Shown piece after piece: positions 29,772 to 37,860 of a DNA stretch of 64,000 nt (positions are counted from its first letter, which is position 1; every line of letters begins with the position of its first letter). The stretch comes from an uncultured Gammaproteobacteria bacterium (lineage in GTDB: Bacteria > Patescibacteriota > Patescibacteriia > 2-12-FULL-57-11), in assembly GCA_964648865.1 (NCBI GenBank), contig CAZYLV010000004.1, positions 2,740-66,739 on the forward strand, given 5' to 3'. The notes under the pieces are model-generated. The model did no database searches. It was not told where the DNA came from and saw only the letters and a program-made list of their open reading frames with translations. A program made the translations under genes and the position numbers.

Positions 29772-31298
29772 ATGTCCCCCGTTTTCCTCATCCTCACTGC
29801 CCTCCTCGGCGCCGCCGCGGGAGGCGCGGTCGGTTTTGCGCTCCGCCAGAAGCTGGCGGCCGGCAAGATCGGCTCCGCCGAGGCCAAGGCCCAGCAGATC
29901 CTCAGCGACGCCAAAGCCCAGGCCCAAAAGGCCGCGCTGGACGCCAGCGACAAGGGGCTCAAGCTCGTCGAAGACGCCAAGCGCGAGGCCGCGGCCCTGC
30001 GCAACGAGCTCAACGAAGAGAAGAAGCGCGTCGAGAAGCGCGAGGCGCTCTTCGACCAGAAGCTCCTGGAATTCCAGGACAAGGTCACCAAGCTCGCGGA
30101 GAAAGCCGCGGCCGTCGAAGCCGACCGGGCCGCCACGGCGGCACTCAAGGACGAGCAGATCGAGAAGCTCCAGGCCATCGCCGGTCTGACGCGCGACGAG
30201 GCCGCCGAGCGGCTCATGGCCCTCGTCGAGGAGGCGCAGAAGGAGGAGATCGTCTCGCGCATCCGCAAGATGGAGCAGGTCACCGCCGAGGACCTCGAGG
30301 TCAAGGCCAAGAACGTCCTGGCCACGACCATCCAGCGGCTGGCGTCCTCGCACGCCGTCGACACCACGACGACCGCCGTACAGCTGCCCTCCGACGACAT
30401 GAAGGGCCGCGTCATCGGCAAGGAGGGACGCAACATCAAGGCCATCGAGAACCTCACCGGCTGCGAGCTCATCGTCGACGACACGCCCGGCATCATCACC
30501 ATCTCGGGTTTCTCGCCCGTCCGCCGGCAGATCGCCAAGCGCGCGCTCGACAAGCTGCTCGCCGACGGCCGCATCCACCCCGGCCGGATCGAGGAAGCCG
30601 TCGAGGAGGCCAAGAAGGAGCTCAACCAGGACATGAAGAAAGCCGGTGAGGACGCGCTCTACGAGCTCGGCATCACCGGCGTCGACCCCAAGCTGATACA
30701 GATCCTCGGGCGGCTCAAGTTCCGCACGAGCTACGGCCAGAACGCGCTCCAGCACTCCATGGAGGTCGCCCAGCTCGCCACCCTCATGGCCGAGGAGCTC
30801 GGCGCCGACATCACCGTCTGCAAGAAGGGCGGCCTGTTCCACGACATCGGCAAGGCCGTGGACCATGACATCCAGGGCTCGCACCCGGAGATCGGCTACA
30901 ACATCATGAAGAAGTTCGGCTTCCCGGAGGAGCTCTGCTACCAGTCCATCGGCCACCACGAGGACAAACCGAGGACGCTCGAGGCGATCATCGTGAAGGC
31001 CGCCGACGCCATCTCCGGCGCCCGGCCCGGCGCGCGCAAGGACACGCTCGCCGAGTACGTCCGCCGGCTCGAGGAGCTCGAGAACGTGGCCACGTCCTTC
31101 CCCGGGGTCGAGAAGGCCTACGCCATCCAGGCCGGCCGCGACCTGCGCGTCTTCGTCTCGCCCAAGGCCGTGGACGACTTCGCCGCCTACCGGTTGGCCA
31201 AGGACATCGCCAGCCGCATCGAGAGCGAGCTCAAGTACCCCGGCGAGATCCGCGTCACCGTCATCCGCGAGACGCGCGTGATGGAGGTCGCCCGGTGA
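29772..31298 (+). CDS. rny: ribonuclease Y
   Basis: N-terminal TM helix, coiled coil, KH domain (GRVIGKEGRNIK) and HD domain (HSMEVA...GLFHDIGK). An alternative GTG start lies at 29742. Confidence 0.9.
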   Translation: MSPVFLILTALLGAAAGGAVGFALRQKLAAGKIGSAEAKAQQILSDAKAQAQKAALDASDKGLKLVEDAKREAAALRNELNEEKKRVEKREALFDQKLLEFQDKVTKLAEKAAAVEADRAATAALKDEQIEKLQAIAGLTRDEAAERLMALVEEAQKEEIVSRIRKMEQVTAEDLEVKAKNVLATTIQRLASSHAVDTTTTAVQLPSDDMKGRVIGKEGRNIKAIENLTGCELIVDDTPGIITISGFSPVRRQIAKRALDKLLADGRIHPGRIEEAVEEAKKELNQDMKKAGEDALYELGITGVDPKLIQILGRLKFRTSYGQNALQHSMEVAQLATLMAEELGADITVCKKGGLFHDIGKAVDHDIQGSHPEIGYNIMKKFGFPEELCYQSIGHHEDKPRTLEAIIVKAADAISGARPGARKDTLAEYVRRLEELENVATSFPGVEKAYAIQAGRDLRVFVSPKAVDDFAAYRLAKDIASRIESELKYPGEIRVTVIRETRVMEVAR

Positions 31299-31300
31299 GC

Positions 31301-32104
31301 ATGGAGATCCTCGTCTTCGGCGACGTCATGGGCCGCATCGGCCGCAAGGCGCTCGCCGCCACGCTCCCCGCCTGGAAGGAGCGCGTCCGTCCGGACCTGA
31401 TCGTCGCCAACGGCGAGAACCTGGCGCACGGCAAGGGGGTCACCGAGGGCACGGCGCAGGAGCTCTTCGACGCCGGCGTCGACGTGCTGACCGGCGGCAA
31501 CCACGTCTTCGAGGCCCATGGCGAGCTCATGCTCGCCTCCCCGCACTGGCGCGAGCGGCTGTTGCGGCCGGCCAACTACCCGGACACCCGGCCCGGCCAA
31601 GGCGCGATCCTCCTCGACGTCGGCGGGGTCCCGACCCTTGTGGTAAACTTGCTTTGCCAGGTGTTCATGAAGCAGGGCGACGAGGTGGAGAACCCCTTCA
31701 CGTCCTTCGACCGCATCCTGGCGCGGTACCCGGAGGCGAAGGTGGTGCTCGTGGACCTGCACGGCGAGGTCACCTCGGAGCGCGTCGGCTTCGGCCTGCA
31801 CGCCGCGGGGCGTGCCGCCGCCGTCTGGGGCACGCACACCCACGTGCCCACCGCCGACACGCGCATCCTTCCCGAGGGCACGGCCTACCAGACGGACGTC
31901 GGCATGACCGGCTACGCCGACGGCGTCATCGGCATCGACGCCGCCGCGCCGCTCGCGGCCTTCCGCGCCGGGACGCCGCTCAAGGGCGCGGAGCTCCCCG
32001 AGACGGGGCACGCGGTGGCCAACGCCCTGCACGTCAGCGTGGATCCGGAGAGCGGTCGGGCCTCCCACGTCGAACGGCTCCAAGAGTACGTCACTGTCAG
32101 CTGA
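31301..32104 (+). CDS. ymdB: TIGR00282/YmdB-family metallophosphoesterase
   Basis: MEILVFGDVMGRIGR...ANGENLAHGKG...GNHVF motifs. It follows rny directly, as in Firmicutes. Confidence 0.85.
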   Translation: MEILVFGDVMGRIGRKALAATLPAWKERVRPDLIVANGENLAHGKGVTEGTAQELFDAGVDVLTGGNHVFEAHGELMLASPHWRERLLRPANYPDTRPGQGAILLDVGGVPTLVVNLLCQVFMKQGDEVENPFTSFDRILARYPEAKVVLVDLHGEVTSERVGFGLHAAGRAAAVWGTHTHVPTADTRILPEGTAYQTDVGMTGYADGVIGIDAAAPLAAFRAGTPLKGAELPETGHAVANALHVSVDPESGRASHVERLQEYVTVS

Positions 32105-32105
32105 T

Positions 32106-32387
32106 ATGAACAAAGCCGAGCTCGCCGCAGCGCTTGCGGAAAAACTCCAGCTCCCCAAGGCCCAGACGGAGCGCATGATCGAGGCCTTCACGGAGGTCGT
32201 CACCGGGACGCTCAAGTCCGGGGGCGAGGTGAACATCGCCGGCTTCGGCGCCTTCCAGGCGCGGACCCGCAAGGGCCGCACCGGGGTCAATCCCAGGAAC
32301 CCCGCCGAGAAGATCCAGATCGCCGACGTGGTGGTGCCCAAGTTCAAGGCCGGCAGCAACCTCAAGAAGGCGCTCAAAGGCGAATAA
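32106..32387 (+). CDS. hup: HU-family DNA-binding protein
   Basis: 93 aa: MNKAELAAALAEK...GFGAFQARTRKGRTGVNPRNPAEKIQI. Confidence 0.9.
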   Translation: MNKAELAAALAEKLQLPKAQTERMIEAFTEVVTGTLKSGGEVNIAGFGAFQARTRKGRTGVNPRNPAEKIQIADVVVPKFKAGSNLKKALKGE

Positions 32388-32388
32388 G

Positions 32389-32417
32389 AAAACCGCCCGG
32401 TCGACCGGGCGGTTTTC
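32389..32417. terminator. bidirectional intrinsic terminator between hup and the convergent proS
   Basis: aaaaccgcccgg-tcga-ccgggcggtttt. Confidence 0.65.
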
Positions 32418-32424
32418 TTGTCGA

Positions 32425-33693
32425 TCACTTCTTCATGCCCGTCCAGGCGCGGACGGCGGCGAGCAGGTCTGCGCGCGGGAGGAGATCGGCCTTCTCGGCA
32501 CCCCGTTCTTTCCACTCCACGGCATCCTTGGCGAGCGTCTTCTCGGAGACCACGAGCCGGAGCGGGATGCCGATGAGGTCGGCGTCGGCGAACTTCTCGC
32601 CCGGCGCGGCGTCCTCGCGGTCGTCCCAGAGCACCTCGAGACCTGCCGCCTCCACGTCGGCGACGAGCGTCTCCGCGGATGCGGCGACCTCTTCCGGCTT
32701 CTTGCCGCCGATGGACACCAGGTGCACGTCGAACGGCGCCACGCTGCGCGGCCAGACGATGCCCTTGTCGTCGTGATGCACCTCGACGATCGTCCCCATG
32801 ACGCGCGACGGCCCGATGCCGTAGCAGCCCATCAGCACCTCGCGTTTCTTGCCGTCGGCGTCGTCGACCGTGAAGCCGAACGCGTCCGTGAACCGGGACT
32901 TCAACGGGAAGATGTTGCCGACTTCGATGGCCTTGTCGACCTTGATCGTCCCTTCTTTGCAGCTGGGGCAGGCGTCGCCCTCTTTCACCTCGGCGATCTC
33001 CTTGTTCTGGGCGAAGCCGCACTTCCCGCAATGGAAGATGAGGTCCTCACCCGAGTCCGTGAGGACCTGAAACTCGTGGCTGTACTTGGAGAAGACGCCG
33101 CCTGATGCCTCGACGACGAGCGCCTCCAGCCCGCAGCGCCGGTAGACGGCGAGGTAGGCGTCCTTGGCCCGCTCGTAGAACCGCTCGAAGTCCTCTTGCG
33201 TGAGGTGGAAGCTGTAGAGGTCCTTCATCGAGAACTCGCGACCGCGGAGCAGGCCCGACTTGGCCCGCGGCTCGTTGCGGAACTTGTCCTGGATCTGGTA
33301 GACGGCCACCGGCAGGTCCTTGTACGAGCGCACGAACTGCTGCACCAGCGGCGTGACGATCTCCTCGTGCGTCGAGCCGAGCGCGTATTCCTTGCCTCCG
33401 TGGCCCTCGAGCTTGAAGAGCACGTCGATCTCGTCCCAACGGCCGGTCGTAGTCCACGGCTCCTTGGGGGTCAGCGCGGGCATCAGCACCTCCTGCGCCC
33501 CGAGCGCGTCCATTTCCTCGCGGACGATGCGCTTGACCTTATCGAGCACGCGCAAGCCGAGCGGCAGATAGGTGAAGATGCCGGCGGCGAGCTGGTTGAC
33601 GAAGCCGCCCTGCACCAAGAGGCGCGCGTTGGCGGAGTCGGCGTCGTGGGGGGCGGTCTTCCGGGTCTTGGCGAACAGCTGGGAGTAGCGCAT
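32425..33693 (-). CDS. proS: proline--tRNA ligase (short form without the bacterial editing insertion)
   Basis: 422 aa with class II aaRS motifs and a C-terminal anticodon-binding domain. Confidence 0.9.
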   Translation of the reverse strand: MRYSQLFAKTRKTAPHDADSANARLLVQGGFVNQLAAGIFTYLPLGLRVLDKVKRIVREEMDALGAQEVLMPALTPKEPWTTTGRWDEIDVLFKLEGHGGKEYALGSTHEEIVTPLVQQFVRSYKDLPVAVYQIQDKFRNEPRAKSGLLRGREFSMKDLYSFHLTQEDFERFYERAKDAYLAVYRRCGLEALVVEASGGVFSKYSHEFQVLTDSGEDLIFHCGKCGFAQNKEIAEVKEGDACPSCKEGTIKVDKAIEVGNIFPLKSRFTDAFGFTVDDADGKKREVLMGCYGIGPSRVMGTIVEVHHDDKGIVWPRSVAPFDVHLVSIGGKKPEEVAASAETLVADVEAAGLEVLWDDREDAAPGEKFADADLIGIPLRLVVSEKTLAKDAVEWKERGAEKADLLPRADLLAAVRAWTGMKK

Positions 33694-33750
33694 ATCGCGG
33701 GAAATCTACCACGCGTCCCGGAAAAGAAAAAGACGCGCCGGGGGGCGACG

Positions 33751-34464
33751 TCAGTCGAGCGTGATGACGAGCTCCTGCGCGGGACGCGGGAAGATCTCGT
33801 CGCCGCAGTCGCGCAGCATCAGGCAACGCTCGGTCACCTGCCGGAGCGGCCGGTCCGCGACCCGGACGGTCCAATAGGGATGCAGCTCGACCGGGCCGAC
33901 CAGCCGCGGGGAAGCCTCCCAGCTGCGCCATTCGAGGACGTACTCCTGGACCTCCTCCACGCAGACCTCCATCGGCACGATGCGGATCGGACGCGGCACG
34001 CCCGCGTCCGGACGGTCCGGGACGACGGGTCGCCGTGCGAGCGCCTCCAGGCCGTGGAGGGCGGCGTGCAGGCCGCCGGCGATGGCCAACGCGCCCGCCA
34101 GGGAGAGCGCCACGATGCCGACGGCGATGGCCAGACCTCGCACGAGCTGGAGCGCCGTGGCCGCAGCGGAAGCGACCCTCTCGCAGACCTCCATGGCGAT
34201 CCGCTCGGCCATGGCCCAGACCCCGAGCCGTGTCGCGCAGCGCAGCAGGTCGTTCTCGTAGGCGAGCGACGCGGCGTAGGTCCGCAGCGGCGTCTCGCTC
34301 TCACGGTAGGACTCCCGCGGCTCCGGCGCGGGTCCGCGCTCTCCGGTGAGCGCCGCGTGCCAGCGTGCGGCCGTGACGCTCCATGCGGAGAGCAATCGCA
34401 GATGGGCGATGGCGAGGCCGTGGACGTAGCCCGCCAACGCCTCGCGGAACCGGTTTTCTCGCAC
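33751..34464 (-). CDS. hypothetical membrane protein
   Basis: ORF extends to 34515 (TTG). GTG 34464 is preferred because it is preceded by AGGAGG. Several TM helices in the C-terminal half. Confidence 0.5.
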   Translation of the reverse strand: MRENRFREALAGYVHGLAIAHLRLLSAWSVTAARWHAALTGERGPAPEPRESYRESETPLRTYAASLAYENDLLRCATRLGVWAMAERIAMEVCERVASAAATALQLVRGLAIAVGIVALSLAGALAIAGGLHAALHGLEALARRPVVPDRPDAGVPRPIRIVPMEVCVEEVQEYVLEWRSWEASPRLVGPVELHPYWTVRVADRPLRQVTERCLMLRDCGDEIFPRPAQELVITLD

Positions 34465-34516
34465 GTTCACCTCCTGCCCTGCATCTTCCGAGGAAACCGC
34501 CCCGGCTGTCAACAAA

Positions 34517-34551
34517 AAAAGAGGGTCCTCAGGGACCCCCGGTCGCCGCGC
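34517..34551 (-). terminator. intrinsic terminator of the 34553 gene
   Basis: Minus strand: gggtcc-ctga-ggaccc followed by UCUUUUUUUG. Confidence 0.55.
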
Positions 34552-34552
34552 C

Positions 34553-35089
34553 TCAGATGACGTCGGGCGACGTCGGTACCGTCATCGGCGGGAACGCCGT
34601 CACGGCATCGTCGCAGTCGCGCTCGATGATTCCGAGCGCAGCGTCGAACCCGTCGTAGCACTCCGCGAGCGTGTCATGGCAGTCCCGCAACGCGTCCTGC
34701 TGACCGTCCAGCAGGCCCGCGCTGTCGTCGGCGACCTCCGCGTTCCGCTCGATGCAGGCCGCGACCAGCCGCTCGCTCTCCGCGACGAGCTGCCGCTCCC
34801 GCCGCTCGTCCGTGACGCCGCGGCGCAGCAGGATGAGCCGCCGTGCCGCCTCCAGACAGGGCTGGTCCGTGACCGCGAGGATGTCGCGGATCTCGCTCCG
34901 CAACATCCGGCGCGCGTCGTCCGGCGTCATGCCGGGGAAGCCGACCGGCTCCTCCGGCAGGACCACCAGCACCGAAGCCGACACGGTGCCGGACGACTCC
35001 TGCGGGGCATCGAGCCGTCCGCAGACGAACCCCGCTCCGCATGCGATGCCGACGACCGCGGCGAACCCCCACACTTGTCTCTCTCGCAT
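34553..35089 (-). CDS. hypothetical lipoprotein
   Basis: 178 aa with a signal peptide and lipobox (VVGIACGAG). Translationally coupled to the upstream small ORF. Confidence 0.5.
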   Translation of the reverse strand: MRERQVWGFAAVVGIACGAGFVCGRLDAPQESSGTVSASVLVVLPEEPVGFPGMTPDDARRMLRSEIRDILAVTDQPCLEAARRLILLRRGVTDERRERQLVAESERLVAACIERNAEVADDSAGLLDGQQDALRDCHDTLAECYDGFDAALGIIERDCDDAVTAFPPMTVPTSPDVI

Positions 35090-35101
35090 CTCTCCTCCTC
35101 C

Positions 35102-35239
35102 CTACGGCTCGGCGACGCTCGGCTCGTACGGGGTGCGGTTCTCGTCGCCGCACCGCTGCACGAGGCTGATCGCGCCGATCAAGAGCAGCATGATGACCAC
35201 AAGGGGCCAGTTCAGGTCCGAACCCTTGTCTCTCTTCAT
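35102..35239 (-). CDS. small single-TM protein (45 aa)
   Basis: ATG 35239 preceded by AAGGAGGTGAG. The ORF track extends to GTG 35302. Sequence MKRDKGSDLNWPLVVIMLLLIGAISLV... Confidence 0.35.
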   Translation of the reverse strand: MKRDKGSDLNWPLVVIMLLLIGAISLVQRCGDENRTPYEPSVAEP

Positions 35240-35357
35240 CTCACCTCCTTGGACCGGACGGATGGGCGAGGCGACGCGGGGAGAGTGTGCGCCGCTGCTC
35301 ACGCATCCATCGCGTCCAAGGAAGCCGCTCCTCCGGGAGCACCAGCGGGTGGTGCGC

Positions 35358-35392
35358 CCGGAGAAGAACCGGATACCGCTCCGGTGGGCGTT
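35358..35392 (-). repeat. family-A structured intergenic repeat, copy A4 (terminator-like hairpin)
   Basis: Minus sense cgcccacc-ccgga-gcggta-tccgg-ttcttctcc, directly after the stop of the 35393 gene. Confidence 0.55.
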
Positions 35393-35824
35393 TCACTCCA
35401 TGGCGAGGGACGTCGTGTCCCGACAGATGCGGGACTCCGCCTGCTCGTCGACGCGCCCGTCGCAGTCGTTGTCGACCGCGTCGGAGACCTCGCAGTAGTC
35501 CGGGTGGACGCGCGGATCGCCGTCGTCGCAGTCGCGGCCGCCGCAGGCCACCGAGGCCTCGCCGTCGTTGTCGTCGTCCGCCAACCGGTGGATGCACGTC
35601 CGGCCGCCGCCGATGCACACCTCCCACTCGCAGTCCGAGAGATGGGTGACGGTCGTACCGGGACCGTACTCGCGCACCGCGGCGGCCTCGATGGCCGCGC
35701 GGCGCTCGGCGCGGATGCGCGCGTACTCCGCGGCGCGGCGCGTGACGTACTGGTCGAGCGCGGCACAGCCGCTGCAGGCGACGATGATGGCTGACGCCTG
35801 GAGCAGCACGATGAAGCTCTTCAC
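35393..35824 (-). CDS. lipoprotein with MopE-like putative metal-binding Cys/Asp repeats
   Basis: GTG 35824 preceded by GGAGGG; the ORF runs to 35851. Lipobox IIVACSGC. Repeats of the C-x-D-x-D-x-D-G type (DNDCDGRVDE, CGGRDCDDGD). Confidence 0.6.
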   Translation of the reverse strand: MKSFIVLLQASAIIVACSGCAALDQYVTRRAAEYARIRAERRAAIEAAAVREYGPGTTVTHLSDCEWEVCIGGGRTCIHRLADDDNDGEASVACGGRDCDDGDPRVHPDYCEVSDAVDNDCDGRVDEQAESRICRDTTSLAME

Positions 35825-35911
35825 GTTGGACCCTCCTTCCCAGGCCGCCACCGCACCGCGGTGATGGGCTGGGGAAAGGGCCGGAATGTCGCTTCCGGTG
35901 GGCGATGCGAC
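35825..35911 (-). repeat. family-A structured intergenic repeat, copy A1, carrying an X-type 3' segment shared with B1
   Basis: Hairpin ccggaa-tgtcgc-ttccgg (plus strand 35881-35898), then ccctttcccc, a 10-bp palindrome caccgcggtg and the SD. Confidence 0.6.
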
Positions 35912-36709
35912 TCAGGGCCGCGCGTCGAGGTCGTCAAGCAGCGTGACGCGCGAGAGCGCGATGCGGTCGTAATCGGAGACCGACGCGACCGGCGACCCCA
36001 GCGTGTAGTTGACGAAGAAGGCGTCCTCGACGATCCGCGACCGGAAGCGCGCGCTCGGCGCGAACACCGCGTCGGCGACGGCCGGAGCGATGGGCCGCAG
36101 CACGCCGCCGACATCGACGACGTAGAGCCGGTCCGGGGCGCTTTCCAGGCCGAGGACATAGGTCCCGGGGCGGACCGTGACGTTGCTGCCGGCGAGCGGG
36201 ATGCCGCTGAGCACTTCGCCGGAGACCACCATGACGTGATTGCAGATGTGGCTGCGGACGCCATCCTCGAGCCAGTGGTGCACCGGGCCTGCGGCCGTAT
36301 CTTCGCCGAACCAGGACATCAACTCGATCTCCGAAGGGAAGACATGCCGCCGACCGTCACGTCCGATGACGTAGACCTGATAGCTGCCCTCCCAACGCAC
36401 AAGCGCGCCGGGTGCAAGGTCGCGACCGTCGGACCGCAGGCAGGTGCGGCAGTGGCATCCGCCGCCGATACCCGGGGAGGCCTGCAAGAAGCCGCACACA
36501 GGCGGGCGACCGGGTTCCGGCTCCTCACACCCCGGCGCGGGCGGTCCGGCATCGCTGCCGGCATCCCTTCCCGCGTCCGTCCCGCTGTCGACGGGAAGCG
36601 CCGCGTCCGGCACGCCGACGTCGACCAGATGCGGCTCCGGGCAGGCCGGAGCCGTCCGTGCACCGCAGCCGCTCGTGCTGAACGCGAGCGCGAGAATCAG
36701 GGAACGCAT
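35912..36709 (-). CDS. hypothetical lipoprotein (265 aa) with an Asp/Gly/Pro-rich N-terminal region
   Basis: ATG 36709 preceded by GGAGGAGG. Lipobox LAFSTSGC. Confidence 0.55.
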   Translation of the reverse strand: MRSLILALAFSTSGCGARTAPACPEPHLVDVGVPDAALPVDSGTDAGRDAGSDAGPPAPGCEEPEPGRPPVCGFLQASPGIGGGCHCRTCLRSDGRDLAPGALVRWEGSYQVYVIGRDGRRHVFPSEIELMSWFGEDTAAGPVHHWLEDGVRSHICNHVMVVSGEVLSGIPLAGSNVTVRPGTYVLGLESAPDRLYVVDVGGVLRPIAPAVADAVFAPSARFRSRIVEDAFFVNYTLGSPVASVSDYDRIALSRVTLLDDLDARP

Positions 36710-36790
36710 CGTTTCCTCCTCCCAGACCGTCTCACGTGAGGCGGTCTCGGAAAAGGGCCGGAATGTCGCTTCCGGTGGGCGCCGTGGCCG
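36710..36790 (-). repeat. family-A structured intergenic repeat, copy A2
   Basis: Hairpin ccggaa-tgtcgc-ttccgg (36758-36775) plus a 24-bp palindrome agaccgtctcacgtgaggcggtct (36724-36747) abutting the SD. Confidence 0.6.
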
Positions 36791-37048
36791 TCAGTGCACG
36801 CGGGGGCACGTCCAGGCATCGAGGATCTCCGGACACGGTCGCTCGGACTGCGGGACCGTCCGACGGTCCCATGGGTCGAGCAGGTCGCAATGGAGCTCGA
36901 CCGGCTCGTCCGGCGAGGAGCGCTCCCCCTCCCAGGCGGGCGAGGTGAACAGATGCGGCTCAAGCCACGCCTCGGATGGCCGTGCGGGCCGCGACGGCAC
37001 GCCGCACGCCGCGAGCAGCACCACGGAAAGGAACATGAAACGCTGCAC
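36791..37048 (-). CDS. small lipoprotein (about 86 aa)
   Basis: ORF track runs to 37075, but that ATG lies inside the palindrome. GTG 37048 has GGAGGAG at 6-8 nt and gives M-QRFMFLSVVLLAACG (lipobox). Confidence 0.4.
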   Translation of the reverse strand: MQRFMFLSVVLLAACGVPSRPARPSEAWLEPHLFTSPAWEGERSSPDEPVELHCDLLDPWDRRTVPQSERPCPEILDAWTCPRVH

Positions 37049-37125
37049 GTCTCTCCTCCTCCCAGACCATCTCATGTGAGCTGGTCTCGGAAAAGGGCCC
37101 GATGTCGCTCGGGTGGGCGCTGCCG
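37049..37125 (-). repeat. family-A structured intergenic repeat, copy A3
   Basis: Hairpin cccga-tgtcgc-tcggg (37098-37113) has the stem changed on both sides with the loop conserved. Palindrome agaccatctcatgtgagctggtct (37064-37087) shows a G-C to A-T covariation relative to A2. Confidence 0.6.
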
Positions 37126-37725
37126 TCAGCGGCAGAACAGATCCTCGTCGGTCATACCATCGCAGTCGTTGTCCATGCCGTCGCAGACTTCGACAGACGG
37201 ACCGACTTCACGGATACAGGCGCTCCATCGCCCTGCGGAGCAGGTCTGGACGCCGCGCGCGCACTCGCCGAGGTCCGTGCCGCACAGCTGTGTATCCCCC
37301 TCCATGCAGCTGCAGCCCTCGTCGACCACGCCGTCGCAGTCGTTGTCGAGGCCGTCACAGGTCTCGGCGCCATCCGGGACGCACCCCACGATCTCGATGG
37401 TCGCGAGCGTGGTGACATGCGGACGCGGCGTATCGAGATGCGTTTCGTACGCGGTCACCTCGCCATCCTCCCAACAGACCACCGCCAGGGCGACGGCCGA
37501 GGCGACGATGTTGAACGTCAGGATCGCCAGGGCGTAGTTCCGCCAGCGCCCCGAGGGGTCCGTGGCCCGCACCGCCGCCTTCTCCTCACGGAGGACCTCG
37601 TTGAGCCGCCGCTCCGCCTCGAGCTGGGCCGCCCAGGCATTGCGGTAGTCGTCGTGCGGCTGGGGCGAGAGACGCCGAAGCGTCCAGACCACGGACCGCA
37701 GCAGGAGCATGCGCATCGTGCGCAT
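37126..37725 (-). CDS. membrane protein with C-terminal MopE-like Cys/Asp repeats
   Basis: ATG 37725 preceded by GGAGGGAAG; the ORF runs to 37851. TM helix YALAILTFNIVASAVALAVVCW. Repeats CDGLDNDCDGVVDEG and CDGMDNDCDGMTDED. Confidence 0.55.
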   Translation of the reverse strand: MRTMRMLLLRSVVWTLRRLSPQPHDDYRNAWAAQLEAERRLNEVLREEKAAVRATDPSGRWRNYALAILTFNIVASAVALAVVCWEDGEVTAYETHLDTPRPHVTTLATIEIVGCVPDGAETCDGLDNDCDGVVDEGCSCMEGDTQLCGTDLGECARGVQTCSAGRWSACIREVGPSVEVCDGMDNDCDGMTDEDLFCR

Positions 37726-37860
37726 CTTCCCTCCACTTCTTGTGAGACGAGAGAGGCATCCTCTCCCCCAAACCGCCACCGGAGTGACGGGCTGGGAAAA
37801 GGACGGGAGGGCGTCGAGCCGGGCTCGATGTCCCTCCCTACGGACCGCCACACGTGCGCC
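37726..37860 (-). repeat. family-B structured intergenic repeat, copy B1
   Basis: Long bipartite hairpin gggaggg-cgtcgagc-cgg-gctcgatg-tccctccc (37805-37838). It shares gggctggg-aaaagg and the downstream X segment with A1. Confidence 0.55.

Noticed and set aside
37075-37075. ATG at 37075 as the start of the small lipoprotein gene
   Set aside because: It is the centre (catg) of the 24-bp palindrome, and the SD would then lie inside the ORF. GTG 37048 with a properly spaced GGAGGAG is more plausible.
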